Assembly (NCBI RefSeq): GCF_039654945.1
Contig: NW_027361688.1
Span: 8,680,001-8,744,000 of the forward strand
Direction: 5' to 3'
From: Dendrobates tinctorius
Lineage: Eukaryota
DNA length: 64,000 nt
The notes under the pieces were generated by a model. It ran no database searches, was not told where the DNA came from, and saw only the letters and a program-made list of their open reading frames with translations. The translations under genes and the position numbers were made by a program. How positions within the stretch are numbered: position 1 is the first letter of the stretch; each line of letters starts with the position of its first letter. Below, one piece after another: positions 11,934 to 24,650 of this stretch.

Positions 11934-14073
11934 ATCTAGAGAAGGTCCTTAGGGGGTCTCGTTTCCAAAATGGTGTCACTTGTGGGGGTTTCTACTGTTT
12001 GAACCCCCAAGTGCTTCACAGAAGTTTATAACGTAGAGCTAAAGAATTATATTTTTTTCACAAAAATAATCTTTTTGCCCCCAATTTTTTATTTTCCCAA
12101 GGGTAACAGGAGAATTTGGACTCCAAAAGTTGTTGTGTAAGTTGTCCTCAGTATGCTAATATCCCATATGTGGGGGTAAACCACTGTTTGGGCACATGGC
12201 AAAGCTCGGAAGGGAAGGAGCGCCAGATTTTACTGTCATGGTTTGCAGGTGCCATGACCCACTGGGAGAGCCCATGAGGTGCCAAAACAGCAGAACCCCC
12301 CATAAGTGACCCCATTTTACAAACTACACCTCTCAATGAATTCATCTAGGGGTGCAGTGATCATATTAACACAATGGGTGTGTCACAAAATTTTATACCA
12401 TTGGGCAGTGAGGACAAAATAACTACATTTTTACCACCAAAATTTTGTTTTAGCCAAATATTTTACATTTTCACACAAGAAGTGAGTAAAAATGGCACCA
12501 AAACTTGTCCCACAATTTCTACTGAACGTAGCAATACACCATATGTGGCTGTACAGTGCTACTTAGCCATGCGGAGAGACTTGGGAGGAACGGAGTGCTA
12601 TTTGCCTATTCAAGTGAATGGGTCTGTGCACATGTCAGTGTGTTTCCACGGACCATATGTCCATGGGGAAAACACTCTGACATCTCCTTTTTCTAATGTC
12701 AGCACGGGCTACAAAACATCCAGCACACGTGTATACACATAACAAACATGGATGTCATCCATGTGACATGCATCGGCGCCAGGAAAGAAGCGTTACAGTA
12801 AGCGCTGTTCCCCGGCACTGAGTGCTGAACACGGCTCTCATCATAAATAATTTTTTTAAAAAACAGCGTGGGGACCCCTCTATTTTTGATAACCAGCCTT
12901 GCTGAAGCTGACAGCTGAGGGTTGCAGCCCTGAGCTGTGAGTTTTGTCTGGCTGATTATCAAAAATTGGGGGGAACCCACGCCGTTTTGTTTTTTAATTA
13001 CTGTATTTATTTATCGGGCAGGAGCAGCAGATGAATACTTCCATCCAAATTGATAAAGCAGTTTTATTCTTCGGGTTAGTATGATTACAGCGATACCTCA
13101 TTTATATCTTTTTTTTATGTTTTGGCTCTTTTATACATTGAAAACTATTTTATATAAAAAATAATTATTTTTGCATCATTTCATTCTGAGAGCTATGACT
13201 TTTTTTTTGATGGAAATGTGTGGGGGCTTGTTTTTTGCGGGACAAGATAATGTTTTCAGCGGTACCATGTTTATTTATATCCGGCTTTTTGATTGCATGT
13301 TATTCCACTTTTTGTTTGTCAGTATGATGATAAAGCATTGTTTTTTGCCTTGTTTTTTTATGGAGTTCACTAAAGGGGTTAAATAGTGGAACAGTTTTAT
13401 AGGGCGGGTCATTACGGACGAGATGATACCAAATATGTGTACTTTTATGGTTTAGATTTTTTTCATTCAAATATTTATTTATTAATAGAATAAATATGGA
13501 TTTTTTTTTTTTTATATATATATTTTTCCAATTATTTCATTCTAAGTTTTACACTTTGTCCCACTATGGGACAATCATTTTGTGCAGGCTGATCACTTCT
13601 ATAGCATGCAGATGAAGCAGCAGCTACATGCTACAGAAGCTGTCAGCGCTGCATGTAATTTACACTGACCTGAGAGACTTCCTGAAATGCACTGCGCATG
13701 ACAGGAAGTTTCTCAGCTCTGGTGACCCTGATGTCATCATGACATCGGGTTACCATGGCAGAGATCGGGACCTCGCGTCATGCCGCATGGTCTCCGACCC
13801 AAAGACAGAGGGGCTCTCAGCCCTCTGCCTGCTCCAAGAGTGTTGCAATCGTGTGCGATTGCAACATTTCGGAGGTTAAAGTGCCGGGAGCCGCCTGTGA
13901 CCGCTCCTGACACTTAGTGCCGGGTGTCAGCTGTGAGAATCAGCTGACACCCAGCCGCGATCGGCCGCACACCACCCATGTGCGTGGCCAATCGCTATGA
14001 CGTATTATCCTGTCAATGATCAGACGGGCCCAGGGCACAAGGACGGGATAGTATGTCAGATGTCAGAGAGGGG
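11934..14073. mobile_element. Right portion of a non-autonomous TTAA-targeting DNA transposon (piggyBac-like)
   Basis: Ends ...GAGAGGGG followed by TTAA (14074-14077); internal palindromes; left end not seen. Confidence 0.55.
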
Positions 14074-16180
14074 TTAACTCTTCCGCCGATTACCTTGACC
14101 ATGTTTAAGTCTGAGTCACCATACCGGCATATCCTAAAACACGGTGAACCAATGAACTACCATCGACTCTACCTTGGAATATGTTTACTTCTTTCATGCA
14201 GTTTTTTCAAATGTTTTGGAAATACTGTATATTGTTATGGTTATGTGGTCATGTTTGACCTACTACTTGTGGCACAACTAGTACCCGGTGTTCGCATTTC
14301 TATTCCCTTTTGAAAACTTAATAAGGATAAACTTATATACGGTGTATAAAAAAGTCTCCATAGTTGTAACTGTAGGAGCGCTCTCTTAACACATTTAATA
14401 GTCGAATATGACAGACTAGAGATGAGCGGATCAGGCAAACTCCAAATTCACCTATTCTCAGGGATTTTCATAGGAAACTCAATTAGCAATCAAGTCATTC
14501 TCCATGAATTGAATGTTCTTTTTATGTTCTGGGGTCTCTAAAATTATATTTATGTTATAAACATAATAAAAATAAAAAATACTGATCCTCACCTCACCGC
14601 TCGCCTCTCCAGCCCCTCCATTTCTCACCATCACCCGTCCAGTCCTTGTCACATCTCCTTATCTTCCCTGCTGAGCGCTAATTTCTTGAGCCTCTTTGTG
14701 CTAGGCCGGGACTTCCGTCTCTGATGAGGCCCAGCATTTTTTTCACACCTGTTTAAAACTTTTGCATATTACTGTACTAAATCATCTGCTCTCAAAAGTG
14801 CAAGTGGAGTGTGACCACCTCAGCCCTGACGGTGACAACGCCATAATGTGGAAGATGAGAATACCTCTATAATGTCCACTGAACATTTTCTTGATAAATA
14901 ATCCGTTGCGGTTCTGTACATGTTACTTTCCATTTAAGTCAGTGGGAGACAAACGCCATGAATAGAGCATGTGGGGATTTATAAAAAGAAACGTTGGGTA
15001 TAAAGAGTTGTCCACTACTTTTATAATGATCACATATCCTTAGGATAGGTCGCCATTATAATGCCATAATATCATTACAATGTCATTGTACTATGGCCTC
15101 CATAGTGGGCAATGGCCAATAAGACATGGTCCTAATAGAGAGAACAGTAAAGTCAGGAGCTACGACCTGTTCCCAGCCTCCTGAATAAAGAAAACCTTTA
15201 GGAATCGCCAGTTTCCGTGAAGTTTCAGGCAAGATCGGGGGCGGTTGGGATTTGCTGACTCTTCCATGAGTCCGGATCGTCTCTTCTTCTTCTTCTGGCC
15301 CTGGTGCGATGGCTGCCTGTGAGCCCCCTACATCAACGCCTCCAGCCCCCACTATACCACAAGGAGACACGTGACAGAGTAGTAATATTACCGGAGGAGA
15401 GGACAGTTTATTATACCGAGCGGTTACATTAGATATAATACAGTGTGAGGATTACAGGAAAAGGAAAAACACAATCTCCAAAATGATAGAAAACCAGAAA
15501 TATCCCAGAAGTGACCAACACGGGACATAACGACAACCCTTGTCCTGTGAGATAGAAAGGTGGAATAAGGTTGTCACACAAATTATTGTATGATGAGCAG
15601 TTATACATTCTCCTGTTACATTTTATCAATTCCTCACTATGTGCAATATGTATAGGCCGCGTCTCTGCACCCTCGGTCCTATTGTAAGGCCCAGACTGTG
15701 ACTGAGCATCATAGGAAGCTGCCAGTGACTGTATACAGCAATCCTGAGATTATACAGTATATAGTACAAGCGAGCAAGCGACTGCAAGACTGAAAAAGAA
15801 GGATAAACTAAACAAAAGATATAAAAAATATGAACAAAAAACAATTAACATATTTTATCTTCCCAGTTACAATGACAATTTAAACATAAAATATTTCGTA
15901 TTCTCGCGTCCACAAAAATCCAACCTGTTGAAAATATAAAATTATTTCACCCGTACGGTGAAAATCATGAAGCAAAAAAGGAAAGAAATCAAAACTCCAG
16001 ATTTTCTGTTTTTTTTTCCATCACCTCAATTCCCTGAAAAAAAAATCAATCAAAAGCGATCAAAATATTGAATAGCCCCGAAAATATCACCTATAAAACT
16101 ACAGCTCATCATTTAGAAAACAAGCCCTCAAACATAAAACGGATCTCTAAAAAAGGGGGACACAAACCAATTTATTTTCA

Positions 16181-16361
16181 GGCCACGTTCACACGTTGAG
16201 TATTTGGTGAGTTTTTTACCTCAGTATTTGTGGCCAAAACCAGGAGAGGAACAATCAGAGGTAAAGTATAAAAGAAACACGGAACCGCTTCTGTATTATC
16301 ACCCAATCCTGGTTTTGTCAATGATATACTGAGGTTAAATACTGATCATGTGAAAGTGGCC
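16181..16361. mobile_element. Short PIF/Harbinger-type MITE
   Basis: TIR GGCCACGTTCACA / TGTGAAAGTGGCC, TNA flanks, palindromic body. Confidence 0.7.
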
Positions 16362-16364
16362 TAA

Positions 16365-17028
16365 GGGGAGGTTCTCGCGAGAGTATAAGAAACTGTCAGT
16401 TTCATCCAGAAAAGTAAAATGATTATTTTCTCACTTATCATCCTTGTACAATTCGTTTTTTACAGCAGCAGCTATTAACCATTTAGTTTCCTGTTGCAGA
16501 ATTGTAGTGTATCCGTAAAGATCAGACGCTACGCTGTGACATGTGATTTTTTTCTAGCACACCCATAGACATGAAAGGGGGAGTCTCTGCGCCACGGAAT
16601 AACATTGGCCCAAGTGTGGTCGGGTGAAATATAAGGTCGTGTGCAGAAGCGCTGATCGTCGTTCTCCAGACGGTCTTTTTGGTATGAGTGATATTGGTAA
16701 AAAAAAATAGACGGTGCCAGGAACAATGTCGGCAGGTGAACAAGAAAATCACAGCATGTGCGAGTTTCTTGCATAAGTTGGATTAGACTCATCTATTCAA
16801 ATCTATGGGTGCGGAAAAAATAAAATAAAATGTGATGCCATACAGCGCCAAGGTATAGGATCCGATTTGCACGGATACATTGCAATTCTGTAACACAGGA
16901 AACTGTAAATGGTTAATAGCTGCTGTATAAAATTGGATTGTACACGGAGGACAAATGAGAAAAAGATCGTCCCACTTTTCTGGATGAAACTCTGAATTAA
17001 TTTTTTATACGGTTTTGTGAACCTCCCC
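16365..17028. mobile_element. PIF/Harbinger-type MITE with long inverted arms
   Basis: TAA-GGGGAGGTTC ... GAACCTCCCC-TAA; ~150-bp inverted arms. Confidence 0.75.
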
Positions 17029-17178
17029 TAAAACTAATAACAGTAATGATCCTGGGGGGGGGCGTCCATAAAAGGGTCCAAAGATCATATGACCTGTTTT
17101 ATTAACTGTTCAGCCAATCAGATTCTCCTCCCTGTGATGTCACCGGTCTCTGGGAAAATTTCTTTCAATTATTATTCT

Positions 17179-18768
17179 TCAGGTGCAGATTCTAATCCAA
17201 GTATCATCAAAAAGTGATGGGAGACCTACACATAATGCAGCATGAAGGGGCTCGGAGAAGGTGGCAGTGAAGGTGTGTAAGTGTCTGATGGGGTCACACA
17301 GCTCATAAAAGGACAACAGCCCGGCCTCATAATCCAGACTTATCCTGACTCTATCACTGGAGATCTTGTCAGGTAACAGGATATCGCGACTGTCATGTTT
17401 CACTAAATACTGACTATCATATTTCCACAAACACCAGGACTTGTTATTATCTCCAATCACTAACTCACTTCCGCTCCTGTCTACACTGGGATAACACATC
17501 CCCACCAACCACCACTCTGATCTACTGATGTCCACATCCCAGTAATGTTGTCCTGAGGTAAATCCCCTCCTGCTCATCACCTGATTATTCTGGAATCTCT
17601 CTGCTGTTTCTGGACGATTCTGCCATACTTCTGTCCAGGCCGCAGTTTTCAGGTTGTCTGATATAAGGAGATTATTACCAGCTGTGGTTACATCCAGTAA
17701 TATGTCTGCAGGACCCTCCACATAGATCCCGCGCCTTATACCTGATATTACGTCACTTAATTTGTGTAATGTGTGTGAGATCACAGCCACATCCAGGTCA
17801 TCTCCATCATGGGGCTGTTTATCATTTCCTCCTGTGTCCTCATCACCTCCCTCCTCCTCAGGATCACACAAGTCACCGGTGTCTAGTTCCAAGACAGTCA
17901 GTGGATCCGTGATGTTACACAGCTCCTCAATGTGTCTCATCTTCCTGGACAGCTTGTCCTTCTTTATTTCCAGCTGATGGATCAGAGCAGACAGTGACAG
18001 TGACTCTTCCTTTTCCTGCCTGGAGATCTCACTCAGGACCTTCTTCTCCAGGTCGTCCACCCGACTCCTGATGTCTGAACACAGGGCAGTGACTCTCTCG
18101 GCTTCTCCAGCTGCTTTTTCTTTAGCTTTTCTCCTGCTCTCCTCTAGACTCCGGACTCTTTCCTCAGTCTCCTCTCTCTTTGTTGTCAGTTTCTGGAGAA
18201 CATTTCTCAGTTTCTCCTTCTTCTTCTCTGAGGCCTCATCCAGCATCTCCACCCGGTGTCCTCGATGTTCTCCTGCCAGACTGCAGGACACACAGATACA
18301 AGCAGCGTCCTCCGTGCAGTAATATTCCAGGATCTTCTTATGGACAGAACATTTCCTTTTCTCCAGATTAGTGCTGGGATCAGATAAGACGTGTTCTGCT
18401 GATTTTCTGTGAGCTCTCAGGTGTTTATCACACAGAGAAGCCTCACAGTGTAGACAGGATTTAACAGCGGGTACCGAAGAGTCCACACAGTAAGTGCAGC
18501 AGATCCCGGTGATCTCATGTTTTTGCTGAGTAATCAGGAAACGTTCTGCGACATTATGGAGATTTATGTTCCTCGTCAGTGCCGGCCGCACCTTAAATCT
18601 TTTTCTGCATTCAGGACAGGAATAAACTCTAGACCCGTCCTGTGTATCCAGCACACGACCAATACAGACCAAGCAGAAGTTGTGTCCACATCTCAGCATT
18701 ACAGGGTCCTTAAAAATAGATAAGCAGATGGAGCAGCGCAGCTCGTCTCTCAGAATAGCAGATGCCAT
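17179..18768 (-). CDS. TRIM25/finTRIM-like E3 ligase (copy 2), 529 aa from the ATG at 18768
   Basis: Same domain set as copy 1; MASAILRDEL aligns with paralog starts; the ORF-track extension to 18807 uses a non-ATG start. Confidence 0.95.
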   Translation of the reverse strand: MASAILRDELRCSICLSIFKDPVMLRCGHNFCLVCIGRVLDTQDGSRVYSCPECRKRFKVRPALTRNINLHNVAERFLITQQKHEITGICCTYCVDSSVPAVKSCLHCEASLCDKHLRAHRKSAEHVLSDPSTNLEKRKCSVHKKILEYYCTEDAACICVSCSLAGEHRGHRVEMLDEASEKKKEKLRNVLQKLTTKREETEERVRSLEESRRKAKEKAAGEAERVTALCSDIRSRVDDLEKKVLSEISRQEKEESLSLSALIHQLEIKKDKLSRKMRHIEELCNITDPLTVLELDTGDLCDPEEEGGDEDTGGNDKQPHDGDDLDVAVISHTLHKLSDVISGIRRGIYVEGPADILLDVTTAGNNLLISDNLKTAAWTEVWQNRPETAERFQNNQVMSRRGFTSGQHYWDVDISRSEWWLVGMCYPSVDRSGSELVIGDNNKSWCLWKYDSQYLVKHDSRDILLPDKISSDRVRISLDYEAGLLSFYELCDPIRHLHTFTATFSEPLHAALCVGLPSLFDDTWIRICT

Positions 18769-19174
18769 GGCTGAGGGAAAAAGGAGGAAACGGAAGAAGG
18801 AAGACAACGGAAGAACGCAAACTGAAAGTAGTGATGTGTCGTTCCTGAACGATCTGATAGGAAGAGTTGGCTCTTTGATGTTAATGAAGGGGGTGGATCA
18901 CCACTGAGAGCTGAGCCAAAAAATTTTTTCCCTGCTGTTTGCTAAGCTTCTTCTGGGGGCTGGGAGGAGTGGAGGAGGAGATTTAAAGCAGTGTATACAA
19001 GTGGGGAATGCTTGACTTGCTATGCAATCTTTCTTAAAGGTACCGCAGATATTAGCTGGTGTGGGGTCACTCAGTACAGGGAGAGTGAATCACCGGACAC
19101 TGCTGCTCAGGGGTACTCACTGCCGCCATGTAATAAAGGTATCACTGAGACACTGAGAAAGCTTCAACTGTCAA

Positions 19175-19804
19175 AGTGCCCCCATAATCAGTCAGGGTCA
19201 GGAGTACACATAACAATACCATAGTGCCCCCATAAGCAGTCAGGGAGTACACATAACAATACCAGAGTGCCCCCATAAGCAGTCAGGGAGTACACATAAC
19301 AATACCAGAGTGCCCCCATAAGCAGTCAGGGAGTACACATAACAATACCAGAGTGCCCCAATAAGCAGTCAGGGAGTACACATAACAATACCAGAGTGCC
19401 CCAATAAGCAGTCAGGGAGTACACATAACAATACCAGAGTGCCCCAATAAGCAGTCAGGGAGTACACATAACAATACCAGAGTGCCCCCATAAGCAGTCA
19501 GGGAGTACACATAACAATACCAGAGTGCCCCCATAAGCAGTCAGGGAGTACACATACCAATACCAGAGTGCCGCCATAAGCAGTAGGGGAGTACACATAA
19601 GAATACAAGAGCGCCCTCATAAGCAGTCAGGGAGTACACATAACAATACCAGAGTGCCCCCATAAGCAGTCAGGGAGTACACATAACAATACCAGAGTGC
19701 CCCCATAAGCAGTCAGGGAGTACACATACCAATACCAGAGTGCCGCCATAAGCAGTAGGGGAGTACACATAAGAATACAAGAGCGCCCTCATAAGCAGTC
19801 AGGG
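19175..19804. repeat. 43-bp minisatellite upstream of copy 2 (continues at 23159-23401 and 24197-24242)
   Basis: Unit GAGTACACATAACAATACCAGAGTGCCCCCATAAGCAGTCAGG; array split by two insertions. Confidence 0.95.
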
Positions 19805-19949
19805 CAGGGCTGCCACTAGAAATTTCGGGGCTCCATACTGGCAAAATTTTCGGGGCCCCCTTTAGACTACGCCCAGGCTCCACCCCAGCCCCGCCTCCAC
19901 TCCTCAAACTGTCCACAGCCCCACCGCTCTCTTGGAAAAACTCCACTTC

Positions 19950-20736
19950 AAAGCAAAAATCAAAAAAAATGTCCCCAAGGACTGGGAAAAAATTACCATT
20001 ACGTGCAAACATATATTCCCATTAAAACATCAATTTTTAATAGATAAAGGCTAAAAATTCACCAGCCCAGTGTACCAGATAACACAAGCAAACAAAAATA
20101 AGTTATCTGTCAAAAATCACTACGATAGCCTGCTGTCCCTTCCTGACAGTGGAGGTTGGCACCCTAGAAAGATACGATTGTTTGGCGCTCCCACTCCGCG
20201 GCGGCTATCCCAGACTGACCCTATTAGCCCCTAATAAACTATAGGTGTGAAAACAATGGGCATAGTAAAGGGATGAAGGATAGAACTTATATAAGAATAG
20301 AGAGATTACATAAAAATAAACAAGTTATATGACCCCAATATTCAATCAAAAAACAATGCTTCTTATCCCATAATCTTCTAGAATGCCCTATATTCACATG
20401 TCAAACATTGGACAATGTGCATTTTGTAGGATAACACACAGCAAAATGGGGTCACACAATAAATATTAAAATCGCCCCATTGGGGCAAAAAGATCTGACT
20501 GCATACCAGGAAACCAATTTTAAGTAGCAAGGTTCACATATCAATCATAAGGAACAGCTATATTTGTGCACATTAGTTCCAGATAAAGGAGAAATATCAA
20601 TATATACAACAGGGCACAAAGCCCCTACTTAGCTCCAGCCTTGACGCGTTTCCCTGTCTTTTGCGGTTCATCAGGAGGCCCTAATGAGGAACCTAGCAGT
20701 GCCAGCGATATGAGGTGTCCAGATGAATCGGCATAC
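19950..20736 (-). mobile_element. Hammerhead-bearing Penelope-like insertion nested in the hAT element
   Basis: Flanked by 9-bp direct repeat CTCCACTTC (19941-19949, 20737-20745); AT-rich; contains a hammerhead motif. Confidence 0.6.
20638..20679 (-). ncRNA. Minimal type I hammerhead ribozyme
   Basis: Minus strand GCCUc-CUGAUGA-aCCgcaaaagacaGG-GAAA-CGCG-UC-aAGGC. Confidence 0.65.
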
Positions 20737-21869
20737 CTCCACTTCTCACCAATCACACATTAACAGTTCCCATCACCAGATCACACATATAGCCGGCAGC
20801 TTTTGTTTTGGCCAAAAGATTTTTTAAGCCGCCACCACCACAACACTGTAGACACTTTTGGCCGAGCCCTACTCTACTGTAACGTATTAAATATTTGTTA
20901 AAATATGCAATACAATTTAGGTACAGTATATTTTTATTTATTTTTCAATTTTTAAAATGACCAATAATATCACATACAAGGGACAAATACCACCACACCA
21001 TGACCAGACCACATATTACTACCATAGTGACCAAATAATATCACATACAAGGAACAAATAACACCGCACCATGTCCAGACCACATATTGCCACCACAAAG
21101 TGACCAAATAATAGCACATACAAGGGACAAATACCGCAACACCATGTCCAGACCACATATTACCACCACATAGTGACTGAATACTACAATGCTGATCAGT
21201 AATAGAAAAAACACAATACTATCACCATAAGTGCCATTATACACAGGAGATCTGTACTTAGTATGCAGTGTCTGTGTACAGGTAATACAGTGATCAATGA
21301 CATTATACACAGGAGCTCTGTATATAATGTACAGGTAATACAGTGATCACTGGTTACATTATAAACAGGACCTCTGTATATAGTATATAGTGTCAGTGTA
21401 TAGGTAACACACTAACTCACCAGTGATGTATCTAGGTGAAGTCCTTCATCCTTGCTTTTCATCTTTCATCCAGCACAGACCGCCATCACTTCTTCCAGCC
21501 AGGGTTCATCTCTGCAGGAAATAACACAGTTATCTAGAGCTCTGCTTGCAGAACACATTACTTATTTTTTTCCCCAACTTCTACATTACATCACATGAAG
21601 AAAAAAAGGCGACATAGTGTTACTCTACACAGTAACAGGACCTTCCCCCATTTAAAACCATTTAAAACAGTATACTCAAAAAATAAAATAAAGACATCAC
21701 TGCAGTAATAATATCCCTTAATTAGCCCCGATGGTAATATACCCCATCCTGGCTCCCGTGTGTCTCATTCCTGGCTTCAGCCATATGTTCTCCCATCCCG
21801 CCCTCATGAGTATCCTTTGTGCCCGATACGATCTCCCCATCTGTCTCCATCATATCCATCCTGTCCCAT

Positions 21870-22760
21870 GATCCTGCACCCTCCTGTGTCTCACATTCTG
21901 CCCCTTCCTGTGTCTTACTGCCACATTCTGCCCAGTGCCTCACATTCTGCCCCTTCCTGTGTCTTACTGCCACATTCTGCCCCAGTGCCTCACATTCTGC
22001 CACCTCCTGTGTCTCACTGTCACATTCTGCCCCGTGTCCAATTTGCCCCCTCCTGTGTCTCACTGTCACATTCTGCCATGTCTGCATTCTGCCCCCATCA
22101 TGTCCAGCAATCTGCCCCCATCATGTCCAGCAATCTGCCCCATCATGTCCAGCATTCTGCCCCATCATGTCCAGCATTCTGCCCCATCATGTCCAGCAAT
22201 CTGCCTCCATCATGTCCAGCAATCTGCCCCATCATGTCCAGCATTCTGCCCCCATTATGTCAGCAATCTGCCCCATCATGTCCAGCATTCTGCCCCCATC
22301 ATGTCCAGCATTCTGCCCCATCATGTCCAGCATTCTGCCCCATCATGTCCAGCATTCTGCCCCCATCATGTCCAGCATTCTGCCCCCATGCCTGCATTCT
22401 GCCCCCATCATATCCAGCAATCTGCCCCATTATGTCCAGCAATCTGCCCCATCATGTCCAGCATTCTGCCCCATTATGTCCAGCATTCTGCCCCATCATT
22501 TCCAGCATTGTGCCCCATCATCTCCAGCATTCTGCCCCATTATGTCCAGCATTCTGCCCCATCATGTCCAGCATTGTGCCCCATCATCTCCAGCATTCTG
22601 CCCCCATTAGGTCCAGCATTCTGCCCCCCCCATTATGTCCAGCAATCTGCCCCATTATGTCCAACAATCTGCCCCATTATGTCCAGCATTCTGCCCCATC
22701 ATGTCCAGCATTGTGCCCCATCATCTCCAGCATTCTGCCCCCATTATGTCTGCAATCTGC
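21870..22760. repeat. Internal tandem repeats of the hAT element (~39-bp units, then ~22-23-bp units)
   Basis: Units CACATTCTGCCCCTTCCTGTGTCTTACTGC... and CTGCCCCATCATGTCCAGCATT. Confidence 0.9.
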
Positions 22761-23158
22761 CCGGGGCCCCCCGGATCGCCGCTTTCAATTAAAAAAAAAA
22801 AAGTTATTCCTAACCTGGCTACGCTCCAGTGGCGACGCTCGCGCTCCCTCCAGTCCACGCTGCTGAAGCGTGCATTCGCCGGCGACTGACAGTGACGTCA
22901 GATGCCGGCGATGGGCGCACTGCAGCCGACGTCAGCTGCCAGCCTCTGTTTGGCTGGCGGCTGTTAACTATTGATGTGCGGGCCGAAGGGACCGCATGTC
23001 AATAGCGTTCAGCTGCCGCAGTGCAGCGCCGCTAAGGGCCCGGTTTAGTGTGCCGGTAGGGGCCCGGTGAGCAGATGAGACTGGGCCCGATGCGGGCCCC
23101 CTCAGCCCACCGGGCCCCATACGTCTGTCAGGGCAGTAATGCCCTGATGGCGGCCCTG

Positions 23159-23401
23159 AGTCAGGGAGTGCACATAACAATACAAAAGCGCCCCCATAAG
23201 CAGACGTGGAGTACACATAACAATACCAGAGTGACCCCATAAGCAGTCAGGGAGTACACATAACAATTCCAAAGCGCCCTCATAAGCAGTCAGGGAGGAC
23301 ACATAACAATACCAAAGTGCCCTCGTAAGCAGTCAGGGAGTACACATAACAATATCAGAGTGCCCCCATAAGCAGTCAGGGAGTACGCATAACAATACAG
23401 G
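23159..23401. repeat. Continuation of the 43-bp minisatellite
   Basis: Same unit as 19175-19804. Confidence 0.9.
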
Positions 23402-24196
23402 TGTAAGAAGATGAGCCAAAACAGTCAGAGGTGACCGGTGCCCTTTAAGGCTGGAATTATCGGGACTGTCACCACTGTTAGCGGGGGAGGTTACTTCTAG
23501 GAGGGAGAGACCTTTCTGTTGGACAGCAGGGGGCGCGGGGTATATAAGGAGACCTCAATGTGGGAACGGGGCAGAGTTGGCCGGAAAGTGACAGGAAATG
23601 GTTGACTCCCTCTCCGCTGCTCGCGCTGACAACTCCATGTCACTCAATCCTCAGCGTGGTAACCTTAAGACTTCCTTTGACTCTAATATTTACCATCTGA
23701 ACCTGTACTTTTGGATACCCTTGTTTTGCCTGTGATAGAGGATAATCTGCCTAGAGACTACTCCATAAGGCCGCCAGTTGCCATGGTCTGTTATCGTGCC
23801 CCTGCTCCGTGTCCGGCGCCATTTCTGAGGAATCCACGTAAAGGACTGTTTCCACGTCCCGGCACACTCAAGTCAAGCAGAACCGAATTCATCAGCTCTG
23901 TCGGGAGACAGTGCTTCTCTTTTCTCCATAACAGAGCCAGAGACTTTTTCCACGATTTGCGATGCTGTCGGGAGATTTTCCAGCCCTTTCCCTGCAAGAA
24001 CTGCAAGCGATAAGTTCCCGTGTTTTTATATATTTTATTCCCAAGCATTGTGTTTGTATGCGATTTCCACTGCTCCTTTACTGGTCTTGCCTCCCTGGGT
24101 GGAGTATTACTTGTTAATTGCCTGTTCAGTAAACCCTTTTAACCCCTTCTCAGTCTCCTGCTATTCACTGCATCCAACGGACCTCTCCTCCTTACA
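23402..24196 (+). mobile_element. Solo LTR inserted in the 43-bp minisatellite
   Basis: TGTAAG...CTTACA termini; 4-bp TSD CAGG/CAAG (one mismatch); TATATAA near 23542; AGTAAA near 24128. Confidence 0.8.
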
Positions 24197-24249
24197 CAAG
24201 AGCGCCCCCATAAGCAGTCAGGGAGTACACATAACAATACCAGTCCTAA

Positions 24250-24650
24250 CGATAGGTCATCAATCAAAAAGTATTTCTACCAGAGAATTATTGCAATTAT
24301 ACATCTTTTGTTATACATATGTTTATTTCATTTGAGTGTATTGGAACAACATGAAAAAAAAAAAAAACAGAATAAAAAAGGCAAATTGGCCATAATGTCC
24401 CATGAAACCCCTAAAATGGGACAGACAAAACAGTTGAGTAGTAAACAACTTTGTTTCAAGCATGTGATGTTCATTCCGACTCACCTGTGGCAAGTAACAG
24501 GTGTGGGCAACATGAAAATCACATCTGAAACCAGATAAAATGGTTAAAAGTTGACTCAATCTTTGCATTGCGTGTCTGGGTGTGTCACATTGAGCATGGA
24601 GAACAGAAAAAGGAGAAGAGGACTGTCTGAGGACTTGAGAACCAAAATTG
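24250..24650 (+). mobile_element. 5' fragment of a Tc1 element
   Basis: Encodes MENRKRRRGLSEDLRTKIV, a Tc1 paired-domain N-terminus, then truncates. Confidence 0.65.

Larger units (their letters stand above)
19805..23158. mobile_element. Non-autonomous hAT element, 3.35 kb, inserted in the minisatellite
   Basis: TIR CAGGGCTGCCA / TGGCGGCCCTG; 8-bp TSD AGTCAGGG (19797-19804, 23159-23166). Confidence 0.9.

Noticed and set aside
10963-19804. Common origin of the two 43-bp minisatellites
   Set aside because: Same unit length but the sequences do not align beyond short TGCCC/CATA words
21760-22866. 263-368-aa Pro/Ser/His/Cys-rich ORFs
   Set aside because: All three frames are open because of stop-free short tandem repeats inside a MITE
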